Shown here: in pieces, positions 28,418 through 38,259 of the stretch
Layout: each line of letters opens with the position of its first letter
Position numbering within the stretch: position 1 is the stretch's first letter
Origin: an uncultured Candidatus Saccharibacteria bacterium
Lineage (GTDB): Bacteria > Patescibacteriota > Dojkabacteria > SC72
Assembly: GCA_964405015.1 (NCBI GenBank)
Contig: CAYOME010000002.1
Span: 68,174-132,173 of the forward strand
Length of the DNA stretch: 64,000 nucleotides
Direction of reading: 5' to 3'
The notes under the pieces: generated by a model
Told to the model about the DNA's origin: nothing
Seen by the model: only the letters and a program-made list of their open reading frames with translations
Database searches by the model: none
Made by a program: the position numbers and the translations under genes

Positions 28418-29648
28418 ATGTTTTTTGCATCCTTGCAGATATTACTCCGGTACTCCAGCAGATCTGAAGGTTGTACCCACCTGTTGGGCCGTAAACATCA
28501 ATAATTTCCCCTGCGAAGTAAAGATTTGGGACAAGTTTAGATTGCAAAGTCTTAGGATCTATTTCTTTTATATCTACTCCTCCCGCAGTTACAATCGCTT
28601 TATCCCACGACCCTATCTCTTTTACCGCTATTCTAAAATCCTTTAACAGCATGAGAATCTTTTTCCTTTCATCTTTGTTAATCTCAAAACCCTGTCTAGA
28701 AGAAGGTATTTGAGTTAATTCTATTACGGTTGGAATTAATGAAGAGGGTAAGAAACTTTTTAAAATGCTTCTCAAATTCTTCTTACTGTTGACCTTTAAC
28801 TCTTCTTGCAATCTTGAATCTAATTCTTCTAATGAAATTGCTGGTTTAAAATCTATACTCATCCAAACATCTCCCTTTTCTAATGCATCCCCAACTATTC
28901 GTGACATATCAATTACAATGGGACCACTTAAACCTTCATGAGTAAAAAGTGCTTCTCCAAATTTGCTTACAATTCTTTTCTCATTTTGTAATGCTGTGAT
29001 TCTTACATACTTCAATGACAAACCTGCAAGATCTTTTACCCAGTTTTCTTTACAAACGATGGGAACTAGAGCTGGTTTCGGTTCAATTATTGTGTGTCCT
29101 ACACTTTTTGCTAATGAATATCCATCACCATTTGATCCGGTTTCTGGATATGATTTTCCACCAGTAGCTAATATATATCTTTTTGCTTTAAATTCACCCT
29201 TGTAAGTGTTTACCGAAACAATTTCTCCATTCTCAATTTTGAAATTTAAAACAGAAGTATTAGGAAGAATATGCTCATTAAGTAGATTCATGAATGAATA
29301 TACTATATCCAAAGCCTTGTCACTTTTTGGAAAAACTCTTTTACCCCTTTCTACCTTTAACGGTACTTTCAATATATCTTCAAAGTAAATAAGCGTATCT
29401 TCTACAGAAAATCTTGAAAAAGCACCATACAAGAATTTTCCATTCCTTTGATATTTTGAGACAAGATCATCCAAATCAAGATTGTAATTTGTTACATTGC
29501 ATCGACCTTTCCCTGTTATCAAGATCTTTTTACCTGGACGTGGGTTCCTTTCAATTATCAAAAATGAAAGACCTTGTCTTAAACATTCTACACCAGCAAT
29601 TAAACCAGCCGCACCACCACCGATAATTATGACATCAAATTCCTTCAT
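28404..29648 (-). CDS. HI0933/BaiN-like NAD(P)/FAD-dependent oxidoreductase
   Basis: GGGAAG, GKKILITGKGRCNVTN, ATGGKSYPETGSNGDG and GPTGGYNLQ motifs. Confidence 0.93.
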   Translation of the reverse strand: MKEFDVIIIGGGAAGLIAGVECLRQGLSFLIIERNPRPGKKILITGKGRCNVTNYNLDLDDLVSKYQRNGKFLYGAFSRFSVEDTLIYFEDILKVPLKVERGKRVFPKSDKALDIVYSFMNLLNEHILPNTSVLNFKIENGEIVSVNTYKGEFKAKRYILATGGKSYPETGSNGDGYSLAKSVGHTIIEPKPALVPIVCKENWVKDLAGLSLKYVRITALQNEKRIVSKFGEALFTHEGLSGPIVIDMSRIVGDALEKGDVWMSIDFKPAISLEELDSRLQEELKVNSKKNLRSILKSFLPSSLIPTVIELTQIPSSRQGFEINKDERKKILMLLKDFRIAVKEIGSWDKAIVTAGGVDIKEIDPKTLQSKLVPNLYFAGEIIDVYGPTGGYNLQICWSTGVISARMQKTYPGQ

Positions 29649-29664
29649 ATATGCCCATTATACA

Positions 29665-29720
29665 GTAGACTAGAGTCTACTAGAATGGCTATGTTGCAAG
29701 GTGGGAGCGGTGACCTGGGT
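29665..29720 (+). repeat. Bipartite REP/REPIN-like element copy 3
   Basis: GTAGACTAGAGTCTA-N32-GACCTGGGT. Confidence 0.8.
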
Positions 29721-29753
29721 ATGGTAAAATATGTAATTAATTTGAGGTATTGT

Positions 29754-30356
29754 ATGGTAATGATATCTAAGAATAAAGAGAAGTCTTTAGTAGTTTTTAA
29801 ACCTGATGTAGTTCAGAGGCAAATAGTTGGAGAATTAATCTCAAGGTTTGAAAGAAAAGGTTTCAAGATCGTGGGAATGAAAATGCTTGTTCCAAGCAGG
29901 GAACTCGTTGGTAAGCACTATGAAGATAAGAAGGAATACCTAATTGAGACTGGGGAAAAAGCAAAGAAAGGAGCTATTGCAAGAGGTGAGGATGTAAGTA
30001 ATTGGGACTCATTAACTAGGGAACAATGGATCCGGGAATCAAATATTAACTATCTTACTTGTGGTCCAGTTATTGCCCTTGTTCTCGAGGGGTTTGGAGT
30101 TGTAGCTGGAGTAAGGAAAATGTTGGGTAGCACTAGTCCTGCAGATGGAGATGTTGGAACAATTAGAGCGGATTTTTCTCTTGATTCTTTCGCATTGGCT
30201 GATGAACAAGGGAGGGTAACTAGAAGCATGGTTCATGCATCAGATAGTGTGGAGAATGCAGAAAAAGAAATAGGGCTTTGGTTTAATGCTACTGAAATTT
30301 CAGAATATGAAACCGCAGCAGAAAAGATATTCTATGATGTAGGGTGGAGTAATTAA
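29754..30356 (+). CDS. ndk: Nucleoside diphosphate kinase
   Basis: EKSLVVFKPDVVQRQIVGELISRFERKG, GTIRADF and HASDS motifs. Start placed after a GAGGT SD-like sequence. Confidence 0.93.
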   Translation: MVMISKNKEKSLVVFKPDVVQRQIVGELISRFERKGFKIVGMKMLVPSRELVGKHYEDKKEYLIETGEKAKKGAIARGEDVSNWDSLTREQWIRESNINYLTCGPVIALVLEGFGVVAGVRKMLGSTSPADGDVGTIRADFSLDSFALADEQGRVTRSMVHASDSVENAEKEIGLWFNATEISEYETAAEKIFYDVGWSN

Positions 30357-31006
30357 AGCTTAAGAATATCTTCTACAATTAATCGTTTTTTCTCACTCAA
30401 ATTAGAATCTTTCTTTTCGATCTCTACTTCCTGAATAGAGATTTCTCCATCAAAAAATTTCTTTAATCTTTCGAAATCTTTCTCGAGAATATCTTTCAAT
30501 GTAGGATTGTAAAGTGCTACGGCAGGATGATACATTGCAAAAACTGGGATACCTGTACTATGTTTATATACCTGCCCATGAGCAGAAGATATTTTTAAAT
30601 CAGGAACAAACCTCTCAAGTGCATGTTTCCCAAGTGTAATGATAATCTTTGGTTTAATGAATAGAAGTTCAGCATTAAGCCATGTTCTACAAGCATCTTT
30701 TTCTTCAGGTAAGGGTTCTCTATTAGCAGGGGGTCTGTATTTAACAATATTTGTTACATACACATCCTCTCTTGAATATTTAACAATCTTTAGTAAGCTA
30801 TCAAGTAATTTCCCTGCAGCTCCTACAAAAGGTCTTCCTTCTTTATCCTCATTCATGCCAGGTGCTTCTCCAACAAAAACTATACCTGATTTTGGTATCT
30901 TCAATTCATATACAGGTTGTGTAGCAATATGCTTTAGTTTACAGCTGTTATGTAATGAAAAATATTCATGTATTTCTTTTAAACTATTAAAATCTTCAAT
31001 CCTCAT
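30353..31006 (-). CDS. Uracil-DNA glycosylase family 4
   Basis: FVGEAPG, EGRPFVGAAG, TNIVKYRPPANREP and YHPA motifs. Confidence 0.92.
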   Translation of the reverse strand: MRIEDFNSLKEIHEYFSLHNSCKLKHIATQPVYELKIPKSGIVFVGEAPGMNEDKEGRPFVGAAGKLLDSLLKIVKYSREDVYVTNIVKYRPPANREPLPEEKDACRTWLNAELLFIKPKIIITLGKHALERFVPDLKISSAHGQVYKHSTGIPVFAMYHPAVALYNPTLKDILEKDFERLKKFFDGEISIQEVEIEKKDSNLSEKKRLIVEDILKL

Positions 31007-31061
31007 ATCATCATTATATCAACGAATGAAGAATTCCATACTATATACATTGGAAATTGAT

Positions 31062-34000
31062 TTACGCTCTTTCTACTTTAAGTCTAGTATTTATATATAT
31101 CTTACCCTTTGATTTGATAGTTGTCTTACCATCAATGATCCTAATGCTGTTATCAGCACTTTCAATTGCAAAATTACCGCTCTCATTGAGATCAAATGAA
31201 TATCTACCTTTTTCATCAGTGATTCTCTTTGCAACAATTTTTTCAAAATCTTTATCCTTAAGAACTAATGTAATGTTTGAAGCTGGAGTACCATTTGGAT
31301 ATGTTACTTTACCTAGTTTTTTACCCCTTCCACTAATACTTTTTATCAAGACAAAGACTGTAGGAATATACAAAAGAAGAAGTACTAGGTTAATGAGGTT
31401 TGATTCTTTGTTGTAGACATATATAGCAATGGTTAGGCCAAGTAGGAAGATTGCACAGTTAAGCAAAGGTAATATTAAGGATATCCCACTTCTTAAGACT
31501 GTTAATATTTTCTTTGTAGCTATATCTTCTTCAGGATCTAAAGGTATTACAATGTTTATTTCATTTTCTACTAATCGAACTTTTTCTCCATGGTAAACAT
31601 TTGAGAAAGGATAGTCTTCTTTTCCAAGGATTAATCTTGAAGGGAATTTGAAATCCCTTTTCTTAATATCAAGTATGTAATCCCCTGTATTTAGACCGAG
31701 ACGGAATTTACCTTGTCCGTCAGTAACGCTTGTATCTACTAATTTCTGGGAGAGATCATATACCCTAACGATAGCTTGTTGAAGGGGAGCTCTCGTAATA
31801 GAATCATATATATATCCAGCTGGTAATCTCTTCCTTCTAAATCCCAATGTACTTAATATATTTACAAATATTTGAGATATGGAATATCCTAATTGACCAA
31901 TATTTCCGAATATCGAGGCAAAACCAACAGATACTGTTACGGCTGTAGTCGTTGCAGCCACTGTTGTTAAATCTTCAGTCTGAATGTTTCCCAATGGCGT
32001 GTCATTTAAAGAATCTAAGGCTTTTGTTAAGGCACCTTCTACAGATTCTGTAATGTTCTTGAAAAGATTTGCACTGCTTGATGGAATATTCACTATTTCT
32101 TTTGATATCTCTTCTCCTTGTCCACCAGTACCACTTAGACCATCTGCGATCCAATACATAACCCCAGAGATACTAGCTTGAGATACGGTGACATTAGAAC
32201 CCTCAACTTCTTTTTTCTGAGGGAAATTACCAGTGTAAAGTATTCCATTTGGACAATCTTTGTTTACCTCTTCTAAGGAAATTGCTTCTGGACATATTCT
32301 AAATGCATTATCATTATCCTTTTTGATAACGTAGAGGGTAAATTTATCAGTTAATCCATGGGATTCATTTATCTTTACAACACTCTTACCCTCTTTAGGG
32401 GATGATTTAATTATTGCATTACTCCAATCTCTGTTGTCAGTGAATGAAATAGGGAGATCAGCAATTATATATTCTTCAGTAAGAACCCTTATCTTCTGTA
32501 CTCCAGTTTGTGCACCTTCCAGACTACTTACATCAATATCTGTATTGTCTAAAAGTATTGTGGATATATCTTCTGGTTTGTTTACAATGATAGAATATGT
32601 TTTCCCTGTATTACTCTCAATGTAGTTAGTTTCTACATTTGCTGAGTTAATAGCTTTAGCTCTAAAGGAATATTCAACACCTGGTTGGAGATTTCTAAAT
32701 ATTACTCCACTTGTATTGCCCCAAGAGGCATAGCTCCCCCAAACAGGAGTATCTACTAATGATTGAGTAGAGTAATCAAGATATTTTCCAGATATTTTAT
32801 CCTGTATTGCAAATTTAGTTGCGGTAGGGTTTAGGTTCCTATCAAACTTTATCCTTCCGGATGTACCTCCAACAATTTCAAAGGTTAAATCTTTTGGTGT
32901 ATTAGCCCATGTTGTAACTGAGATATCTTCTGACCAAGAAGAGTAGACCTCTTCGGAATTAATACTCCTTACTCTAAAATTGTATGTAGTATTTGGTGGT
33001 AAGGTATTTAGTTTAAATACCTGAGATATCCTTTCGTCAGTATGTATCACTGCAGTATTTGTAAGTGTTCCATCATTAGTAATATTCCCATTTGTATTTA
33101 TGTCTACTATTTGGTATCTGGTATTAGAAGGGTTATTATTTTTGTTTACAACTACCTCTATTGAAGAAGAGCTTATAACTCTAGCCGAAAGGGTTGTTGC
33201 ATTGGAAAGGGTATATGTACTTACAACTTGAGAACATTCAGTTTCAATATTGTTAATATTTTTTGCTTTTACACAGAATGAATATTGAGTATTAGGAGTG
33301 AGACCTTGAAGAGTAATACCTGTATTTCCCCCTATTTCTTCATATGTTTTCCAAAGAATTTCAGAAGAGAGTGTATTTGTTGAAGGTGTAACATATTTTC
33401 CACTCTTTGTTTCGGTAAGAGTATATAGAGTTGTATTTATATTTCCTTGGTTGTTAACTACAATTTTTAATGTTGTAGTATCAATTGCTTCAACAGATAC
33501 AATACTTGGTGCTTTTACTAAGGTTGTAAATGTTACTTCATTACTAAAGTTTGTATCCACTAAATCAATATTCTGAGCTTTGGCTCTAAATACGTATGTG
33601 CTGTTTGGAATTAAACCATATATTCTTTTACCTTCAAGTGAACCTAATTGAGTGTATGTGGAATAGTGGGGGGATTCTTGCAACAACTGTGTCTCGGAGT
33701 TAAAGTAAAGACCTGTATTTTTCTCCTCGATCAAATATTTTGTAGAAGAAGAGTTGTTTAAAGGATCTATTTGAATGTTTACACTCTCAGCATCAAAATC
33801 TTCTGATGTAATCTCTATTAAGGAAGGTACCTCTGCAAAGGTAGATGCAGAAACGGTATTAGAGAATGCACTCTCTGCAAGATTGTTGTAAATCTTGAAC
33901 TTTCTTACATATGTTGTATTTGGAATTAGTGAGTCTTCAGTACATGAAGTAATATCACTTCCTAAACATGTTTTAATCAAATCTCCATTTTCATTGTATA

Positions 34001-37000
34001 CCTTAATTCCTAATACTGAATCTGTATATGCAGAAATATTCCAAGTTATTTGATTCTTTGAATCAACTGTAGGAGTTAATGCCGATATTGATGACAGAGA
34101 AGATGTAGATGAAACGGTTGAGGAGTATGCAGTTTCAATATTTTCTGTATTTCTACCTTTTACTCTAAAGGTATATGTTGTACCCGATTGTAATCCCGTG
34201 ACTGTAATGGAAGGTGTAGCTCCTTCTAAATGCCCCCAGAAAGCAGTAGGTACCAATTCCCCTGTCGTTAGATTTACGTACATTCCTGTAAAAGTTTCTT
34301 GTATTAGTAATTCTGTTAGATTAGGGTTTGTCTCTTTATCAATACCTACAGTCATTTGTGTACTCCCAATTGTATTTACTGAAGAAATACTAGGTACTAC
34401 TGCTAGAGTATATGCATTTACTTCTGAAGAATATGCTGATTCCTCACCTGCGAAGTTTCTTGATTTTACTCTAAAGGTATATTGGGTATTTGGAGAAAGA
34501 TTAATAGCGACATCAGTAGTACTTTGTATCCAATCTTGAATTCCATTACTACAATTAATACTTACGCATTCAAAGAATATTCCAGAATCGCCAGAGGAGA
34601 GATTGTTTACTCCTGTACCACTTAAAGAAATCGATGTTGTTGAGAGTGGTCCTGCATTTAATACAGGTACTGAAGAATGTGTATATATTGTTAAATCAAA
34701 GGAATATGCTGTCTCCACCTGATCATTGTTTCTCGCTTTTACCCTAAATGTATATCCCGTATTGTTAGAAAGGCTTGTTACATTCGCAATGTTTGTTGTT
34801 GTCCAGGTATTAATATTTGTATCACATGAACCTTCACAATCGAAGTAAAGTTCTCCACCATTTACTGGTTGAGGTGCAGATATTGTAATCGAGTTTGATG
34901 TCTTTGTTCCTTGATATTGGATCTCTGGTACAGAGATTAATGTGTAAACAGAATCTGAATTTGATGCTTGGCTTTCAGCCTCTGAGTTGTAAGCTTTAAC
35001 ATATCGAGTATATTGTTTGTTTTCTAAAAGACCAGTCTCATCACAATATGTGAGGTTTTCTCCAACACATGTTTTAACAAGATTGTTTTCCTCATCATAT
35101 ATTCTAATACCATCTTCTCCATTCGCATTATCTGTAAATGACCACCGAATTGATGTAGTTGAAAGACCAGTACCTGAGAGGGTAGTAGGTGATACTGGAA
35201 TATCTAATGTTCTAAATGTATTTGTCGAAGACCAATTACTTACTGATCCACTACTATCCCAGAAGCGAATTCTCCAGTAGTAGGTTGTACCATTTGTAGT
35301 TATTGCTGTTCCAGCATATGGTATTTCTGGTGATCTTGAATTGCTTGGTATTGGTGTTACTGCAGTTTGATTTGAATCCCACATTACGGTACCAGTGAAT
35401 GTTGCATTACTGTTTACCTCTATCTCGTAATATGTTGCAGTATCTCCAGTATCAGAGTCATTAAAGATTGCACTAAATTCAGGAGTAATATCTGTAACTC
35501 TAGTTGGATTGGTTAATCCTTCAGTTTGAAGAGAAGTAGGTAGTCCTGGGGTGGTGTTCATACCAAAACTGCTAGTAGTAGACCAATCAGAAACAGTTCC
35601 ACTGTTATCCCAGAACCTAATTCTCCAGTAGTAAGTAATACCATTTAATGTAAGAGTAGTACCTGCGTATGATATATCTGAACTTCTAGCTCCAATGGCT
35701 ATTGGTGTAATTGCAGTTTGGTTGGAGTCCCACATGACAGTACCTGTAAATGTGTTGTTAGTATTAACCTCTATTTCGTAGTATGTTGCAGTATCTCCAG
35801 TATCAGAGTCATTAAAGATTGCACTAAATTCAGGAGTAGTATCTGTAACTCTAGTAGGATTGGTTAATCCCTCAGTTTGTAGAGAAGTAGGTAGTCCTGG
35901 GGTCGTATTCATCCTAAATGTTGCAGTAGAGGACCATCCTCCAACAGTTCCATAGCTATCAGTAAATCTAATTCTCCAGTAGTAAGTAGTACCGCTTAAT
36001 GTAAGAGCTGTTCCTGCATATGTAACAGCAGGAATTTGAGATCCAGAAGCAACTGGAGTGGAAGCAACTTGTCCTGTATCCCACATTATTGTGCCTGTGA
36101 AAGTGTTGTTGGTATTAACCTCAATTTCATAGTATGCCATATTATCGCTATCAGGATCAGAGTAGGTTGCCTTAAAATCGGGAGTGATATCTGTTAATCG
36201 AGTAGGGTTTGTTAGATCATTTACCAGAAGTGCCGAAGGTGTCGTAGGAGCTGTATTCATTTGGAAAGTTGATACAGTAGACCATGCTCCTACAGTTCCA
36301 TAGTTATCAGTAAATCTAATTCTCCAGTAGTAAGTAGTACCGCTTAATGTAAGTGCAGTACCTGCATATGAAATATCTGAACTTCTTGTCCCAATAGCTA
36401 TAGCTGTCATTGAAACTTGTCCAGTATCCCACATAACGGTACCCGTAAAGGTATTGTTAGTATTAACTTCAATTTCATAGTAGGTTGCAGTATTCCCTGA
36501 ATTGGGATCATTAAAAATAGCACTAAATTCTGGAGTAGTATCAGTTACTCCAACAGGATTTGTAGCACCTTCAGTTAGAAGAGATGTAGGAGCTGTTGGT
36601 GCTGTATTCATTGTAAAATTCGCAACTGCAGACCAAGTTCCTACTGCCCCATTATTATCCCAGAACCGAATTCTCCAGTAGTAAGTAGTACCGTTTAAAG
36701 TAAGAGCAGTACCAGCATATGAGATATCAGGACTTCTTGCTCCGATTGCTGTTGCGCTCATCGCTACTTGTCCAGAATCCCACATAACGGTACCAGTAAA
36801 GGTATTGTTGGTATTTACTTCTATTTCGTAGTAAGTGCCTGTATTTCCTGCGTTCCCATCATTAAAGATTGCACTAAATTCTGGAGTAGTATCAGTTACT
36901 CCAACAGGATTTGTAGCACCTTCGGCTAGAAGAGATGTAGGAGCTGTTGGTGCTGTATTTAATACTACAAAGTTTGCAGTAAACGAACCATCGGCAGTTA

Positions 37001-37586
37001 CATTTGTGTTTGTTCTTGGATTTGCTGTAGAGCCATCACTCCATTGGGAAAAAGCGTAACCTCCATTTGGTACTGCGGTTACTGCTGTACCACTACTACC
37101 TCTACAAATTGATTGAGAGGTAGTACCCGAAAGAGTACCTCCAGTACCTGCTGTGTATGTTAGTGTATATCTAAGAAGGTAGTATGTAAGCGTAGTTGTT
37201 CCACATTCCCCACAGTCATCATATCTTGTACATGAAGCAGTTGTCGTAGAGCAGCTTGTATTGGTTGCTGTATATCCAGTAGGTGTTACCGGAGTACAAC
37301 TATCACAAGCACCACAATCAGGCTCACAGTTATCACAGCAGTATCCTTGACCAGCATAGAATTCTGAAGAGTAACAATTATCGGCACCTTCATATCTACA
37401 TCCTCCAGGTCCAGTACATACTCCTAATGGTGAATTATACTCACATCCACTCGGACAAGTTTGTGCCTCTATTGGTGAGGATTTCGGAGTAACAAGAAAA
37501 ATGCTTAAAAAAGTTGCAACAAAAAGTACAAAAAGTGTAAATATGAAAAGAAAATTCTTCTTATTTTTAGTTCGAACTCTAATCAT
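31062..37586 (-). CDS. Giant (~2,170 aa) surface protein: Cys-rich N-terminus, five ~117-aa repeats, FN3-like repeats, C-terminal membrane module
   Basis: Signal/TM at the N-terminus, repeats NTxP..TPEFSAIFND..YYEIEVN..MWDS..YYWRIRF, many YxFRVKxxN units, and a C-terminus homologous to 22023-24098. Confidence 0.9.
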   Translation of the reverse strand: MIRVRTKNKKNFLFIFTLFVLFVATFLSIFLVTPKSSPIEAQTCPSGCEYNSPLGVCTGPGGCRYEGADNCYSSEFYAGQGYCCDNCEPDCGACDSCTPVTPTGYTATNTSCSTTTASCTRYDDCGECGTTTLTYYLLRYTLTYTAGTGGTLSGTTSQSICRGSSGTAVTAVPNGGYAFSQWSDGSTANPRTNTNVTADGSFTANFVVLNTAPTAPTSLLAEGATNPVGVTDTTPEFSAIFNDGNAGNTGTYYEIEVNTNNTFTGTVMWDSGQVAMSATAIGARSPDISYAGTALTLNGTTYYWRIRFWDNNGAVGTWSAVANFTMNTAPTAPTSLLTEGATNPVGVTDTTPEFSAIFNDPNSGNTATYYEIEVNTNNTFTGTVMWDTGQVSMTAIAIGTRSSDISYAGTALTLSGTTYYWRIRFTDNYGTVGAWSTVSTFQMNTAPTTPSALLVNDLTNPTRLTDITPDFKATYSDPDSDNMAYYEIEVNTNNTFTGTIMWDTGQVASTPVASGSQIPAVTYAGTALTLSGTTYYWRIRFTDSYGTVGGWSSTATFRMNTTPGLPTSLQTEGLTNPTRVTDTTPEFSAIFNDSDTGDTATYYEIEVNTNNTFTGTVMWDSNQTAITPIAIGARSSDISYAGTTLTLNGITYYWRIRFWDNSGTVSDWSTTSSFGMNTTPGLPTSLQTEGLTNPTRVTDITPEFSAIFNDSDTGDTATYYEIEVNSNATFTGTVMWDSNQTAVTPIPSNSRSPEIPYAGTAITTNGTTYYWRIRFWDSSGSVSNWSSTNTFRTLDIPVSPTTLSGTGLSTTSIRWSFTDNANGEDGIRIYDEENNLVKTCVGENLTYCDETGLLENKQYTRYVKAYNSEAESQASNSDSVYTLISVPEIQYQGTKTSNSITISAPQPVNGGELYFDCEGSCDTNINTWTTTNIANVTSLSNNTGYTFRVKARNNDQVETAYSFDLTIYTHSSVPVLNAGPLSTTSISLSGTGVNNLSSGDSGIFFECVSINCSNGIQDWIQSTTDVAINLSPNTQYTFRVKSRNFAGEESAYSSEVNAYTLAVVPSISSVNTIGSTQMTVGIDKETNPNLTELLIQETFTGMYVNLTTGELVPTAFWGHLEGATPSITVTGLQSGTTYTFRVKGRNTENIETAYSSTVSSTSSLSSISALTPTVDSKNQITWNISAYTDSVLGIKVYNENGDLIKTCLGSDITSCTEDSLIPNTTYVRKFKIYNNLAESAFSNTVSASTFAEVPSLIEITSEDFDAESVNIQIDPLNNSSSTKYLIEEKNTGLYFNSETQLLQESPHYSTYTQLGSLEGKRIYGLIPNSTYVFRAKAQNIDLVDTNFSNEVTFTTLVKAPSIVSVEAIDTTTLKIVVNNQGNINTTLYTLTETKSGKYVTPSTNTLSSEILWKTYEEIGGNTGITLQGLTPNTQYSFCVKAKNINNIETECSQVVSTYTLSNATTLSARVISSSSIEVVVNKNNNPSNTRYQIVDINTNGNITNDGTLTNTAVIHTDERISQVFKLNTLPPNTTYNFRVRSINSEEVYSSWSEDISVTTWANTPKDLTFEIVGGTSGRIKFDRNLNPTATKFAIQDKISGKYLDYSTQSLVDTPVWGSYASWGNTSGVIFRNLQPGVEYSFRAKAINSANVETNYIESNTGKTYSIIVNKPEDISTILLDNTDIDVSSLEGAQTGVQKIRVLTEEYIIADLPISFTDNRDWSNAIIKSSPKEGKSVVKINESHGLTDKFTLYVIKKDNDNAFRICPEAISLEEVNKDCPNGILYTGNFPQKKEVEGSNVTVSQASISGVMYWIADGLSGTGGQGEEISKEIVNIPSSSANLFKNITESVEGALTKALDSLNDTPLGNIQTEDLTTVAATTTAVTVSVGFASIFGNIGQLGYSISQIFVNILSTLGFRRKRLPAGYIYDSITRAPLQQAIVRVYDLSQKLVDTSVTDGQGKFRLGLNTGDYILDIKKRDFKFPSRLILGKEDYPFSNVYHGEKVRLVENEINIVIPLDPEEDIATKKILTVLRSGISLILPLLNCAIFLLGLTIAIYVYNKESNLINLVLLLLYIPTVFVLIKSISGRGKKLGKVTYPNGTPASNITLVLKDKDFEKIVAKRITDEKGRYSFDLNESGNFAIESADNSIRIIDGKTTIKSKGKIYINTRLKVERA
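35210..36960 (-). repeat. Five tandem ~351-bp intragenic repeats
   Basis: Near-identical blocks recur at 348-351 bp spacing, e.g. 35431-35552 vs 35782-35903. Confidence 0.9.
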
Positions 37587-38136
37587 TATTTTTGTTACTT
37601 CCTTTTTTTCTTTCACTGTATGATCCTAAAAACCAACCCCCAAGAAGGAGCGCAGGAATCAATATTATTAAAAATATATATTTAATCTCGAATTTCTCAT
37701 CATCTACTTTCTGCTCATCATCTAAAGTGATCTTTGCATTCTCATCCTTAACTACAGAAAGTGCAAACAAATCTTCAATATCTTTTTCTCCAACCTTAAT
37801 CTTTATTTCATGGCTCCTCTCTTCTAAATTCTGAATACTAAAAAGTACAAACCAATTACCATTTTCATCAACAGTTGCAGAATACTCCTGATCTAATATA
37901 TATATTGAGATATTATCATTAGGATTACCAATTCCTGAGATTTTAACGGTATCTTGATTGTGAACTTCAATATCTCCATCTTCATTTAACTCTGCTTCCT
38001 CGTTATTTATTGCAACGTAATCCAAATTGGGATGCCTAGTAAATGCATCCTCTTCTGCAAGAAGTGGATTTACATTTAAAATGAGTAAAAATGCTGTAAT
38101 TATTAGAGAGAAGGAGCTTTTTATTATTTTTTGCAT
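37579..38136 (-). CDS. Exported Ig-like domain protein with C-terminal TM anchor
   Basis: Signal peptide, ISGIGNP...ATVDENGNW, C-terminal TM with basic tail. Overlaps the giant gene start. Confidence 0.75.
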   Translation of the reverse strand: MQKIIKSSFSLIITAFLLILNVNPLLAEEDAFTRHPNLDYVAINNEEAELNEDGDIEVHNQDTVKISGIGNPNDNISIYILDQEYSATVDENGNWFVLFSIQNLEERSHEIKIKVGEKDIEDLFALSVVKDENAKITLDDEQKVDDEKFEIKYIFLIILIPALLLGGWFLGSYSERKKGSNKNND

Positions 38137-38259
38137 GAATATATTTATAAAATATATAGCTTGAATGTGGATTGGTACAACCCTTTCCACTACTAATATT
38201 AAAGCAGAATTGATTAAAGCTATCAATGATATTTATCACCTAGGAACTATGAGACACTA

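Noticed and set aside
29685-29753. N-terminal extension of Ndk in the ORF track
   Set aside because: It is translation through the repeat element and promoter. Homology starts near 29754-29780.
35210-36960. Near-identical repeats read as DGR template/variable regions
   Set aside because: They are in-frame tandem domain repeats, mismatches are not adenine-specific, and no reverse transcriptase is present.
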